The translations under genes were made by a program, and so were the position numbers. A stretch of DNA of 59,343 bases from assembly GCA_964503995.1 (NCBI GenBank), contig CAZDCR010000002.1, positions 1 to 59,343 of the forward strand, read 5' to 3'. The DNA is from an uncultured Segnochrobactrum sp. GTDB taxonomy: Bacteria > Pseudomonadota > Alphaproteobacteria > Rhizobiales > Segnochrobactraceae. Below, piece after piece: positions 16,864 to 26,212 of the stretch (position 1 is the first letter of the stretch; each line of letters begins with the position of its first letter). The notes under the pieces are model-generated. The model did no database searches, was not told the origin of the DNA, and saw nothing but the letters and a program-made list of their open reading frames with translations.

Positions 16864-17856
16864 GTGATCGACAGAAAGTGGCTGCCGCTCAATGCGTTGC
16901 GCGCCTTCGAGGCGGTCGGCCGCCGGCTCAGCTTCACTGGCGGCGCGCAGTCGCTGCACGTCACCCAGAGTGCCCTCTCCCGCCATGTCATCAGCCTCGA
17001 GCAACTCATCGGCAAGCGCCTGATCGACCGCCGCGCGCATGGCATCGCCCTCACCGAGGCTGGCGCCAAGTTGTTGCCGGTGCTGGAGAAGAGCTTCGAC
17101 CGCATCGAGAAGGTGCTCGACGAAATCCGCAGCGAGGAGACGGCCGAGCGCATCCTCAAGGTGCACATGCCGCCGACCTTCCTGCAGCGCGTCGGCATGC
17201 AGATGCTGCACGAGTTTCGCGGCGAATATCCGAATGTCGCGATCGACGTGTCGAGCGCCTACGGCAACGGCCTGCCGGCGCGCGAAGTCGACGTCGCGGT
17301 CGTCTACGACAAGCCGACCGTCTCCGACGATATCCTCGACCTCCTGTGGATGGAGCGGGTGACGCCCGTCTGTTCGGCGGCGCTCGCCACCCGCTTCGCG
17401 GGGCGACCGCTCGGAGAGCTGATCGCCGCGAGCGAGCTCCTGCACGTGCGCGTCGAGGGGCAGGCGCCGAGCCACCTGTGGAGCCAGTTTGCCCGCGTCG
17501 CCGGCGTCCGCATCGACACCTCGAAAGGCATCACCTTCGACACCCTCGCCCTCGCCGTCCAATATGCAAAGCGCGGCCATGGCGTCGTTCTTGCCGATAT
17601 CGATCTCTTCATTGAAGAGATGAACGATGGAAGTCTCGGCGTTCCGGCCCGCGATATCGAGTACAAGGATGGCTACGGTTACTTCCTAAGCTTGCATCCG
17701 GAGGATCTCGACGATCCGCTGATCGCGCTATTCCGGACGTGGGTGATTTCCCGGATCGCCGGTATTGACCGCAGCGGCTCGTCCGCTACCCTAAGCGATG
17801 TGTCCGAACCACGGCGACGGCGCGGCAGCGGTGTGGCGCGGAAGGCGCCGGGATAG
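16864..17856 (+). CDS. LysR family transcriptional regulator (GcvA/AmpR-like)
   Basis: LPLNALRAFEAVGRRLSFT...LHVTQSALSRHV HTH; LTEAG; divergent from the catabolic operon. Confidence 0.93.
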   Translation: MIDRKWLPLNALRAFEAVGRRLSFTGGAQSLHVTQSALSRHVISLEQLIGKRLIDRRAHGIALTEAGAKLLPVLEKSFDRIEKVLDEIRSEETAERILKVHMPPTFLQRVGMQMLHEFRGEYPNVAIDVSSAYGNGLPAREVDVAVVYDKPTVSDDILDLLWMERVTPVCSAALATRFAGRPLGELIAASELLHVRVEGQAPSHLWSQFARVAGVRIDTSKGITFDTLALAVQYAKRGHGVVLADIDLFIEEMNDGSLGVPARDIEYKDGYGYFLSLHPEDLDDPLIALFRTWVISRIAGIDRSGSSATLSDVSEPRRRRGSGVARKAPG

Positions 17857-18009
17857 CGACGGGGGTAGCGGAGGGCGCGACCGGGACTGCCGGCGGCGCC
17901 GCAACAAGCAATCGAGCACCGCCCCGACGGGGTGGGTCATTCGACAGCGGCGTCCCGAGGGCGCCGGAAACCAGACGACGTGACCAACCAGACTGGGAGC
18001 CGTGATCTC

Positions 18010-19029
18010 ATGAAAAGACTTCTCGCCTCGACGATCATCGCCGCGGGGCTCGCCGCCGGCGTATCCATGGCCGGCACCGCACCCGCGAAGGCAGCGGACT
18101 GCGGCACCGTCACCATCGCCAACATGAACTGGGCGTCCGCCGAGGTGCTCGCCTGGATCGACCAGATCATCCTGTCGAAGGGCTATGGCTGCAACGCCGA
18201 GCTCGTCCCCGGCGACACCACGCCGACGCTGACCTCGATGATGGAGAAGGGCGAGCCCGACGTGGCGCCCGAGGCCTGGGTCAACGCCGCTCGCGAGCCG
18301 CTCGACAAGGCCGTCGCCGAGGGCCGGCTCTACTTCGCGTCCGAGGCGCTGCCGGACGGCGGCGTCGAGGGCTGGTGGATCCCGAAATACGTCTCCGAAG
18401 CCCATCCCGACATCAAGACGATCGACGATGCGCTGAAGCACCCGGAGCTGTTCCCGGCGCCGGAAGATTCCTCCAAGGGCGCCGTCTACAACTGCCCGAC
18501 CGGCTGGGCCTGCCAGATCCTCACCGCCAACTTCTTCAAGGCCTACGGCGCGGCCGACAAGGGCTTCGTGATGGTCGACACCGGCTCCGGCGCCGGCCTC
18601 GACGGCTCGATCGCCAAGGCCTACGAGCGCCAGCAGGGCTGGCTCGGCTACTACTGGGCGCCGACCGCCATCCTCGGCAAGTACGAGATGGTCAAGCTGT
18701 CGATGGGCGACGGCGTCACCCACAACAAGGAAGAGTGGGACCGCTGCAACGCCGTGCTCGACTGCGCCGACCCGAAGCCGAACGCCTGGTCGAAGTCGGA
18801 GATCTTCACCGTCGTGACGTCGCGCTTCAAGGACGCCGGCGGCCCGGCCTACGAGTACCTGACGAAGCGGACGTGGAGCAACGACACCGTCAACAAGCTG
18901 CTCGCCTGGATGGTCGACAACCAGGCGACCGGCGAGCAGGGCGCGATGCATTTCCTGAAGACCCAGCCCGAGATGTGGGAGAAGTGGGTGACGCCGGAGG
19001 CGGCCGAGAAGATCAAGGCCTCCCTCTGA
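18010..19029 (+). CDS. Betaine/proline-type ABC transporter substrate-binding protein (ProX/HisX-like)
   Basis: Signal peptide; CGTVTIANMNWAS, GYGCNAELVPGDT, CPTGWAC, GWLGYYWAPT. Confidence 0.9.
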   Translation: MKRLLASTIIAAGLAAGVSMAGTAPAKAADCGTVTIANMNWASAEVLAWIDQIILSKGYGCNAELVPGDTTPTLTSMMEKGEPDVAPEAWVNAAREPLDKAVAEGRLYFASEALPDGGVEGWWIPKYVSEAHPDIKTIDDALKHPELFPAPEDSSKGAVYNCPTGWACQILTANFFKAYGAADKGFVMVDTGSGAGLDGSIAKAYERQQGWLGYYWAPTAILGKYEMVKLSMGDGVTHNKEEWDRCNAVLDCADPKPNAWSKSEIFTVVTSRFKDAGGPAYEYLTKRTWSNDTVNKLLAWMVDNQATGEQGAMHFLKTQPEMWEKWVTPEAAEKIKASL

Positions 19030-19036
19030 GACAAAC

Positions 19037-19070
19037 TGCGGCGGAGGACGGTCCTCCGTCCTCCGCCGCA
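19037..19070. other. Intercistronic 15-bp hairpin after the SBP gene (probable mRNA stabiliser)
   Basis: TGCGGCGGAGGACGG-TCCT-CCGTCCTCCGCCGCA. Confidence 0.6.
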
Positions 19071-19138
19071 CGCGGCTCCGCCGGTGACATTGCCGGCGGG
19101 CTGCTCGACGATCCCTCGCGGGATACAGGGACGGGAGC

Positions 19139-20035
19139 ATGCCGATGGAGTGGTTCACCACCTTCCCCACCATGGACAACACCCGCCTGACGGCCCTCAA
19201 GAAGGCCATCGACGAGGGCTTCCGCAACTTCACGCGCGCCTATGGCGAGAGCTTCGAGATCGCCTTCGAGCCGCTCAAGATCTTCATGATCTGGGTCGAG
19301 CGGCTGATGACGACGACGCCTTGGCCGATCATCCTCCTCGGCATCCTCGCCATCGCGTGGCTCGCGAGCCGCAGCCTCAAGATCGTCGTCGGTGCCGCCC
19401 TGGCGCTCTTCGCCATCGGCTATTTCGGCATGTGGGACGACACCATGAAGACGATCGCGATGATCGTCGTGGCGACCCTCACCGCCCTCGTCGTCGGGAT
19501 CCCGATCGGCATCGTGATGTCGTTCTCGAAGCGCATGCGCAGCGTCGTCATGCCGATCCTCGACGTCATGCAGACGATGCCGAGCTTCGTCTACCTCATC
19601 CCGGTGGTGATGCTGCTCGGCATCGGCAAGGTGCCGGGCCTGATCGCCGTCGTCATCTACGCGCTGCCGCCGGTGATCCGCCTCACCGACCTCGGGATCC
19701 GCCTCGTCGATCGCGACGTCATCGAGGCGGCGGACGCCTATGGCTCGTCGCGCTGGCAGCGCCTCGTCAACGTCCAGTTGCCACTGGCGCTGCCGACCAT
19801 CATGGCCGGCGTCAACCAGACGATCATGATGGCGCTGTCGATGGTGGTCGTCGCCTCGATGATCGGCGTGCAGGGCCTCGGCCAGCCGGTGCTGAAGGCG
19901 ATCGCCAACCAGTACTTCACCCTCGGCGTCTTCAACGGCTTCGCCATTGTCGGCATCGCCATCATCTTCGATCGCGTCAGCCAGGAGTTCGGCCGGCGGC
20001 TGCAGAAGCACCGGGAGATCGTGCATGGGCACTAG
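19139..20035 (+). CDS. Betaine/proline ABC transporter permease (ProW-like)
   Basis: LDVMQTMPSFVYLIP, EAA loop, PTIMAGVNQTIMMALSMVV. Confidence 0.93.
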   Translation: MPMEWFTTFPTMDNTRLTALKKAIDEGFRNFTRAYGESFEIAFEPLKIFMIWVERLMTTTPWPIILLGILAIAWLASRSLKIVVGAALALFAIGYFGMWDDTMKTIAMIVVATLTALVVGIPIGIVMSFSKRMRSVVMPILDVMQTMPSFVYLIPVVMLLGIGKVPGLIAVVIYALPPVIRLTDLGIRLVDRDVIEAADAYGSSRWQRLVNVQLPLALPTIMAGVNQTIMMALSMVVVASMIGVQGLGQPVLKAIANQYFTLGVFNGFAIVGIAIIFDRVSQEFGRRLQKHREIVHGH

Positions 20036-20037
20036 GC

Positions 20038-21129
20038 ATGGCCACTAGGATCGACGGCATCAAGCTCAGGCACGTCTACAAGATCTTCGGCTCGGACCCG
20101 AAGGGCTATGTGGAGCGGGTCAAGGCGGGCATGTCGAAGACGGAGCTGCTCGCGCACAACCACGTGCTCGGCCTGCGTGACATCTCGATGGACATTCCCG
20201 GCGGCGGGATCCAGGTGGTGATGGGCCTGTCGGGCTCCGGCAAGTCGACACTCATCCGCCACATCAACCGGCTGATCGAGCCGACCGCCGGCGAGGTGCT
20301 CGTCGACGGGGTGGACGTCGTCCGGATGACCCCCGCGGAGCTGCGGGAGTTCCGCCGCACGCGCACCGCCATGGTGTTCCAGAAGTTCGGCCTGCTGCCG
20401 CACTGGACGGTGCTCGACAACACCATGTTCGGCCTGAAGGTGCGCGGCACCGCGGCGGCCGAGCGCCGCGAGACGGCGATGCGCTGGATCGACCGGGTGG
20501 GCCTCAAGGGCTTCGAGGAGAAGTATCCGAACCAGCTTTCGGGCGGCATGCAGCAGCGCGTCGGCCTCGCCCGCGCGCTCTCCAACGACGCCCCGATCCT
20601 GCTGATGGACGAGGCGTTCTCGGCGCTCGATCCGCTCATCCGCGTCGACATGCAGACGGTGCTGCTCGACCTGCAGACCGAGATCCGCAAGACCATCGTC
20701 TTCATCACCCACGATCTCGACGAGGCGCTCCGGCTCGGCGACCACATCGCCATCCTGCGGGACGGCGAGCTCGTGCAGAAGGGCACCGCCCAGGACATCG
20801 TGATGACGCCCGCCGACGACTACGTCGCGAGCTTCGTCAAGGAGGTCAACCGCGGCCGGGTGATCCTGGTGGAATCGGTGATGACGGTGCTCGCCGCCGG
20901 GGCGGCCGCGTCCGAGAGCCTGCCGAGGGTGGCCGCGAACGACCCGATCGAGGTGGCGAGCAAGGTGATGTCCGACGCCGGCGCCAGCCAGGCGGTCGCC
21001 TGCTGCGAGGCGGGCCGGCCGGTCGGAATGGTGACGATGCGCGACGTCATCAACACGATGACGACGCCGGCCGCGCGTCCGGCCGGCGGCTGGCCGGCAG
21101 CTGTGGAGCCGGTCGCCGACGTCGCCTGA
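20038..21129 (+). CDS. Betaine/proline ABC transporter ATPase (ProV-like)
   Basis: GLSGSGKS, LSGGMQQRVG, LLMDEAFSALDP, ITHDLDEA; degenerate CBS-like C-terminus. Confidence 0.93.
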   Translation: MATRIDGIKLRHVYKIFGSDPKGYVERVKAGMSKTELLAHNHVLGLRDISMDIPGGGIQVVMGLSGSGKSTLIRHINRLIEPTAGEVLVDGVDVVRMTPAELREFRRTRTAMVFQKFGLLPHWTVLDNTMFGLKVRGTAAAERRETAMRWIDRVGLKGFEEKYPNQLSGGMQQRVGLARALSNDAPILLMDEAFSALDPLIRVDMQTVLLDLQTEIRKTIVFITHDLDEALRLGDHIAILRDGELVQKGTAQDIVMTPADDYVASFVKEVNRGRVILVESVMTVLAAGAAASESLPRVAANDPIEVASKVMSDAGASQAVACCEAGRPVGMVTMRDVINTMTTPAARPAGGWPAAVEPVADVA

Positions 21130-21175
21130 GCGGCGCCGCTCCCTCGGTGTTGGTGTAGGCGCGGCGGGCGGCGCC

Positions 21176-21577
21176 TCAGCCGGCCGGTTTGGGTGCGATC
21201 GGGGCGACCGGTCCGCCGGCCGTCTTCCAGGCACCGAAGCCGCCGGCGAGGTGGCTGACGTTCGCCATCCCCATGTCCTGCACCGCCTTCGTCGCCAGCG
21301 CCGAGCGCCAGCCGCTGGCGCAGAAGAAGACGAAGCGCTTCGGCTCGGCGAACACCGGCTTGGCGTAGGGGCTCTCCGGGTCGACCCAGAACTCCAGCAT
21401 GCCGCGCGGGCAGGAGAAGGCGCCCGGGATGGTGCCGTCGCGCTCGCGCTCGCGCGGGTCGCGCAGGTCGACGAAGACGACATCGCCGCGCCCGTGCAGG
21501 GACAGCGCCTCGGTCGGCTCGACGGCCGTGACCTCCGCGCCGGCTTCCGCCAGCAGCTGCTTGTAGCCCTTTTTCAC
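21176..21577 (-). CDS. Rhodanese-like domain protein
   Basis: VDLRDPRE, GTIPGA, RGMLEFW, active loop FCASGWRSA, LAGGFGAW; GTG start with a GGGAGG RBS. Confidence 0.9.
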   Translation of the reverse strand: MKKGYKQLLAEAGAEVTAVEPTEALSLHGRGDVVFVDLRDPRERERDGTIPGAFSCPRGMLEFWVDPESPYAKPVFAEPKRFVFFCASGWRSALATKAVQDMGMANVSHLAGGFGAWKTAGGPVAPIAPKPAG

Positions 21578-21673
21578 CGTTCCGATCCTCCCGTGGCCAT
21601 CGCCCGAGCCTACGCGTTCGGTCCGGGGCACAACAGGGGCCGGCCGCCCAATGGCCAGAACGCAGCTGCGCGC

Positions 21674-21699
21674 GGAACGACCGCGCCGTCGCGATCGTT
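21674..21699 (+). promoter_or_regulatory. EcfG (sigmaT/RpoE2) general-stress promoter
   Basis: GGAAC-N17-CGTT exact consensus, 36 nt upstream of the ATG at 21736. Confidence 0.75.
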
Positions 21700-21735
21700 C
21701 ATTTCCCGGACCGTCGCACCAGGAGGACAAGCACG

Positions 21736-21918
21736 ATGACCCAGCAGCCCGACGACCCGCAGCAGCCCGATCCGAAGCGCGGGCCCGTCGACCCGTCCGA
21801 CCCCCTTGGCCCGCCGATTCCGCCGATCACCGAGCCCGAGCCGGACGATCCCGCGGACCCGCCGCCGCTCCCGAACCCCGACGAGCAGAACCCGCCGATG
21901 CAGGCGACCGCCAACTGA
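21736..21918 (+). CDS. Small Pro/Asp-rich hypothetical protein (60 aa)
   Basis: AGGAGGA RBS, upstream EcfG promoter, typical GC3-rich codons. Confidence 0.75.
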   Translation: MTQQPDDPQQPDPKRGPVDPSDPLGPPIPPITEPEPDDPADPPPLPNPDEQNPPMQATAN

Positions 21919-21938
21919 TCCGCGCCACCGGTCCGACC

Positions 21939-22133
21939 ATGCCCAGTCCGCTCACCAGCAATCGCACGTCAGCTTCCAGCAACGGCCGCTCGTCCAGCAA
22001 GCTCCGGGAGTTGCCACCGTTCGGTCTGCCCGACGAGCCCTACCCGCCCCCGCCCGCGTTGGCACCGGCGACCGCGGACGATCCCCGCGGCGTCTATCTG
22101 GCGCCGCCGGAGGAGACGTCGAAGGTCCGCTGA
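21939..22133 (+). CDS. Small Pro-rich hypothetical protein (64 aa)
   Basis: ATG 20 nt after the previous stop and similar composition; no clear RBS. Confidence 0.4.
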   Translation: MPSPLTSNRTSASSNGRSSSKLRELPPFGLPDEPYPPPPALAPATADDPRGVYLAPPEETSKVR

Positions 22134-22314
22134 CCACGGCGTCGTGGCGTGGCCGTGCCGCTTCCGGATCAATCCGGGGATCGACGCGCCTGCCCTTTTT
22201 CGTCAGGATCGCCTCCAGGAGCACGGGAGAAGGCGCCGATTTCGCCCCACCTCGCCGGGGGAACCGGCGGGGGGAGAGGGAGGATGGCCCCTTATGCTCC
22301 GTCAGGGGGCCTTC

Positions 22315-22767
22315 ATGACGACAAGGTTGGATACTCGACGTCCGCGGTGGGCACTGTTCGCCGTCGCGGCGGTAGCGGCGATCGCGATGCTCGGCCCGGT
22401 GCAGCCGGCTTCCGCCCAGACCATCGGCTACGCGCAGGCCATCGACATCCTCGCCGACAGCTGCGGCGAGGACATCCTGAAGCACTGCAAGGGCATCAAT
22501 CTCGGCGGTGGACGCGTCGAGGGCTGCCTGATGGACAGCCCGAAGGTCTCGCAGGCCTGCAAGGTCGACCTCGTGCGGGTGCAGCAGCTGCTCGCCGCGC
22601 GCGCCGCCGCCCAGGCCGCCGTCGGCGAGATCTGCAACCGCGACGCCCAGCAGTTCTGCAAGATGACGAAGCCCGGCAAGGGCCACATCCTCAACTGCCT
22701 GCTGAAGGCCGCGCCCAGCGTGAGCGCCAACTGCAACGCGGCGATCGACGCCGCCGGCTATCGCTGA
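22315..22767 (+). CDS. Secreted cysteine-rich repeat protein
   Basis: Signal peptide followed by two repeats C-x2-D-x3/4-C...G...CL...VS-x2-C (8 Cys). Confidence 0.8.
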   Translation: MTTRLDTRRPRWALFAVAAVAAIAMLGPVQPASAQTIGYAQAIDILADSCGEDILKHCKGINLGGGRVEGCLMDSPKVSQACKVDLVRVQQLLAARAAAQAAVGEICNRDAQQFCKMTKPGKGHILNCLLKAAPSVSANCNAAIDAAGYR

Positions 22768-22795
22768 ACCGCGCCCGGCAGAGAGAGAAACACCC

Positions 22796-23371
22796 ATGTC
22801 CTCGCGAATCCTGACCGCGCTCGCCGCCGTGCTGCTGCTGTCGCTTCCCGCCAGCGCCCAGACGAAGCTCGACCGCAACGAGATCATCAACAGTCTGACC
22901 GGACTGCCCGCCGCGGGCCACGGCGTCACCGCCGCGCTGCTGCGCCAGCAGGCGCTCGACAACATCGCCCAGCACCCAGGTGACGACGCCAGCACGATGC
23001 TGCCGCTCGCCGCCCAGCTCGCCAAGCTGCGCCAGTTCAACGTCGAGATCGTCTTCGATTTCGATTCGGCGACGATCCGGCCGGAGTCCTACGAGACGAT
23101 CGGCCTGATGGCCGACGCGCTGCACCACCCCTACCTGCTGCAGTATCGCTTCCTGGTGATCGGCCACACCGACGCCAAGGGCGACCGCACCTACAATCTC
23201 AACCTCAGCCAGAAGCGTGCCGAATCGATCCGCGACGCGCTGACCACCACCTTCCGCGTCGATCCGGCACGGCTCGATGCCGTCGGCCTCGGCGAGGAAG
23301 AGCTGCGCGACCCGGCCAACCCCTTCGCGCAGGTGAACCGCCGCGTGCAGCTCATCAACATCGGCGAGTGA
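22796..23371 (+). CDS. Periplasmic OmpA-like peptidoglycan-binding protein
   Basis: Signal peptide; FDFDSA, IGHTDAKG, NLNLSQKRA, GLGE, NRRV. Confidence 0.92.
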   Translation: MSSRILTALAAVLLLSLPASAQTKLDRNEIINSLTGLPAAGHGVTAALLRQQALDNIAQHPGDDASTMLPLAAQLAKLRQFNVEIVFDFDSATIRPESYETIGLMADALHHPYLLQYRFLVIGHTDAKGDRTYNLNLSQKRAESIRDALTTTFRVDPARLDAVGLGEEELRDPANPFAQVNRRVQLINIGE

Positions 23372-23520
23372 GCGGCCGGCCGCGGACGGGAGCGCCCGGC
23401 GGAGACATCCGCCGGCGCTAAATTCACGCGCTCGGCGTGCCAGGCACGACGAGGCGGCGCCGTCTCTGGCGGACGGCGCCGCTTGCGCTATCCTGACGGC
23501 CCCTTCCCGGAGCCGCCCCG

Positions 23521-23931
23521 ATGATCCGTGGCCTTGCCGTGCTGCTCGTCTGTCAGCTCCTCGGCGAGGCGGCGGTGCGCGCCGTCGGGCTGCCACTGCC
23601 CGGGCCCGTGCTGGGGCTCGTGCTGCTCCTCGCCGTCTTCGCGGTCGCCAGGGCACGTGCCGCCCCCGATGGAGCGGCGGCCGCGACACTCGACGACACC
23701 GAGGCGACGGGCGACCGCATCCTTTCTGTGCTCGGCCTGTTGTTCGTGCCGGCGGGGGTCGGCGTCGTGACCGAGCTCGACCTGTTCGCCCGCCACGGGT
23801 TCGCGCTGGCCGCCGCCCTCGCCGTCTCGGTGGTGGCGACGCTCCTCGTCACCGTCGCCACCTTCCTCGTCGTCAGGCGCCTGCTGCCGGGCACCGCCGA
23901 CGCACCCGCGGGGGAGCCGCGCGATGGCTGA
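23521..23931 (+). CDS. CidA/LrgA family protein
   Basis: LLVCQLLGE, LPGPVLGL, LLFVPAGVGV; overlaps lrgB. Confidence 0.9.
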   Translation: MIRGLAVLLVCQLLGEAAVRAVGLPLPGPVLGLVLLLAVFAVARARAAPDGAAAATLDDTEATGDRILSVLGLLFVPAGVGVVTELDLFARHGFALAAALAVSVVATLLVTVATFLVVRRLLPGTADAPAGEPRDG

Positions 23932-24646
23932 CTCCCCCTTCGATCTCTGGGCCTACCTCTCGACGACGCCGCTCCTGTGGCTGACTGTGACGCTCGCCGT
24001 CTGGGTCGGCGCCGATCGCCTCGCCGCCTGGAGCGGCCGGCATCCGCTCGCCAATCCCGTGCTGCTGTCGATCCTCGTCGTCGCCGTCGTGCTGGCCCTC
24101 ACGGCCACGCCCTATGCCGTCTACTTCGAGGGTGCCCAGTTCGTGCACTTCCTGCTCGGACCGGCGACGGTGGCTCTCGCCGTGCCGCTCTACCGGGCGC
24201 GGGCTCGGGTGCGGCGGACCCTGCTGCCGATCATCGTCGCCCTCGTCGTCGGGTCGCTGACGGCGATTCTGTCGGCGGTCGGCGTCGGCATGGCGCTCGG
24301 CCTGCCAAACGAGGCGCTGGTGGCGCTCGCTCCGAAATCGGCGACGGCGCCGGTGGCGATGGGCATCGCCGAGGCGCTCGGTGGCGATCCGGCGCTCACC
24401 GCGGTGCTCGTCATCCTCACCGGCATCCTCGGCGCCATTGTCGTGACGCCGCTGATGAACCGCCTCGGCATCCGCGACTATGCCGCCCGTGGCTTCGCCG
24501 TCGGGCTCGCCTCGCACGGCATCGGCACGGCGCGCGCCTTCTCCGTCGACAGCCTCGCCGGAACCTTCGCCGGCATCGCGATGGCGATGAACGCCGTGGC
24601 GACGGCTCTGATCGCGCCGCTGGTGATCCGTGCACTCGGCCTGTGA
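23924..24646 (+). CDS. lrgB: LrgB family protein
   Basis: LGPATVALAVPLY, APKSATAPVA, ASHGIGTARA. Confidence 0.92.
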   Translation: MADSPFDLWAYLSTTPLLWLTVTLAVWVGADRLAAWSGRHPLANPVLLSILVVAVVLALTATPYAVYFEGAQFVHFLLGPATVALAVPLYRARARVRRTLLPIIVALVVGSLTAILSAVGVGMALGLPNEALVALAPKSATAPVAMGIAEALGGDPALTAVLVILTGILGAIVVTPLMNRLGIRDYAARGFAVGLASHGIGTARAFSVDSLAGTFAGIAMAMNAVATALIAPLVIRALGL

Positions 24647-24658
24647 GATGATCGCGAC

Positions 24659-25582
24659 ATGACCGAATCGACCGATCGCGAGGCGGCCGAGCGCCGCCGT
24701 GCCGCCGCCTACTGGGACCGTCCCGCCCCGGTGCCGAAGCTCGCGCGATGGTGGGCGTGGCCGCGCATCGTCGCCCACCAGAACGCGCTGATCTGCGGCG
24801 AGCCCTTGCCCGCCTGGGGCGCCGGCCTCGTCCGCGAGATCGAGCGGCGCTGGCCGGGCCGGCGCTTTCGGCGGGCGGTTTCGGTCGGCTGCGGCAACGG
24901 CGCCAAGGAACTCGAGCTCATGCGCAGCGGGCTCGTCCAGCAGTTCGACCTCTACGAGATCTCCGAGGCGCGCATCCGCCACGGCAAGAAGCTGCTCGCG
25001 AAGGCTGGCCTCACCGACCGCGTCACCTGGCACACCCACGACGGCGTCGCGGCGCTGGAGCTCGGGGCACGCTACGACCTCGTCACCTGGGACAACGGCC
25101 TGCACCACATGCCGGATACCGCCCGCGCGGTGGCCGCCAGCGTCACGGCGCTGCGGCCGGGCGGCGTCTTCCTGATGAACGACTATGTCGGCCCCAATCA
25201 CTTCCAGTGGAGCCACCGCACCCTCGCCTACGCCACCGCGGTCCGCCACCGCCTGCCCGAGGTGCTGTTGCGCGACCCGACCGATCCGGCGAGGCGGCTG
25301 GCCCGGACCTTCGGTCGCCCAGACCGGGAGGCGATGATCGCCCTCGACCCGAGCGAGGCAGCCTCGAGCGAGGCGATCCTGCCGGCGATCCGGCAACACT
25401 TCCCCAACGCCCGCATCTGGATGCTCGGCGGCGCCGTCTACCACCTCGCCCTCAACGACGTGCTCGCGAACCTCGACCCCGCGCGCGACGGGCCGCTGCT
25501 GGAATCGCTGCTTTTGCTCGACCTCGCGCTGGCCGAACTCGGCGAGAACCAGTACGCGGCCTGCCTCGCCTCTGTCCCCTGA
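24659..25582 (+). CDS. Class I SAM-dependent methyltransferase
   Basis: SVGCGNG motif I, YEIS, YDLV, LHH, LRPGG; 12 nt downstream of lrgB. Confidence 0.85.
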   Translation: MTESTDREAAERRRAAAYWDRPAPVPKLARWWAWPRIVAHQNALICGEPLPAWGAGLVREIERRWPGRRFRRAVSVGCGNGAKELELMRSGLVQQFDLYEISEARIRHGKKLLAKAGLTDRVTWHTHDGVAALELGARYDLVTWDNGLHHMPDTARAVAASVTALRPGGVFLMNDYVGPNHFQWSHRTLAYATAVRHRLPEVLLRDPTDPARRLARTFGRPDREAMIALDPSEAASSEAILPAIRQHFPNARIWMLGGAVYHLALNDVLANLDPARDGPLLESLLLLDLALAELGENQYAACLASVP

Positions 25583-25735
25583 GGCGACGTTCGACCATCA
25601 CCATGCTGTCATAGACCGCCGCCACCTTGGCGCGTGGTGGCGAGCCGCTGTACGATCCGCGGCGGGGCTGGGCTTTCCGACTTGTCATGGTGCAGTCAGC
25701 CGCCGGCGTGTCCGGCGAGAGCGAGGGGATTTCCA

Positions 25736-26158
25736 ATGGTGCCTGTCGTTGCGTCCACCAGCCTCGAACGCCTCCACGTCCAGGGGGCCAAGGACAAGAC
25801 CGTCAACTGGAAGGGCGCGTTCGCGTCCTGCGGCGGCAATGGAGCCGTCGCCTCGTCGACGATCGTCTACGAGATCGAACCCGGCAATCACCTCGGCTGG
25901 CATACCGACGCCACCGAGGAGACCCAGTACATCATCGCCGGTACGGGGACGCTCTACATGGAAGACGGCGAGCATGCCGTCGGTCCCGGCAGCGTCTTCG
26001 TCCTGCCCACCAACGTGCGCCACGACCTCGCCAACACCGGCACCGAGACGCTGCGGGCCGTCGCCTTCTTTGCCGCGGCGATGTTCACGCAGACCTTCGA
26101 CGAGGTGATGATGCCGCCGAACACCCACGTGCTTGGCACCCCGAACCGCAACGGCTGA
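25736..26158 (+). CDS. Cupin domain protein
   Basis: IEPGNHLGWHTDATEE..YIIAGTG and GPGSVFVLPTNVRHDLAN cupin motifs; GAGGGG RBS. Confidence 0.88.
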   Translation: MVPVVASTSLERLHVQGAKDKTVNWKGAFASCGGNGAVASSTIVYEIEPGNHLGWHTDATEETQYIIAGTGTLYMEDGEHAVGPGSVFVLPTNVRHDLANTGTETLRAVAFFAAAMFTQTFDEVMMPPNTHVLGTPNRNG

Positions 26159-26212
26159 TCTGCCGCAGTCCTCCGCCGGCGTCCTCGGACGCCGGCGTCG
26201 CCGCCGCGGGCC

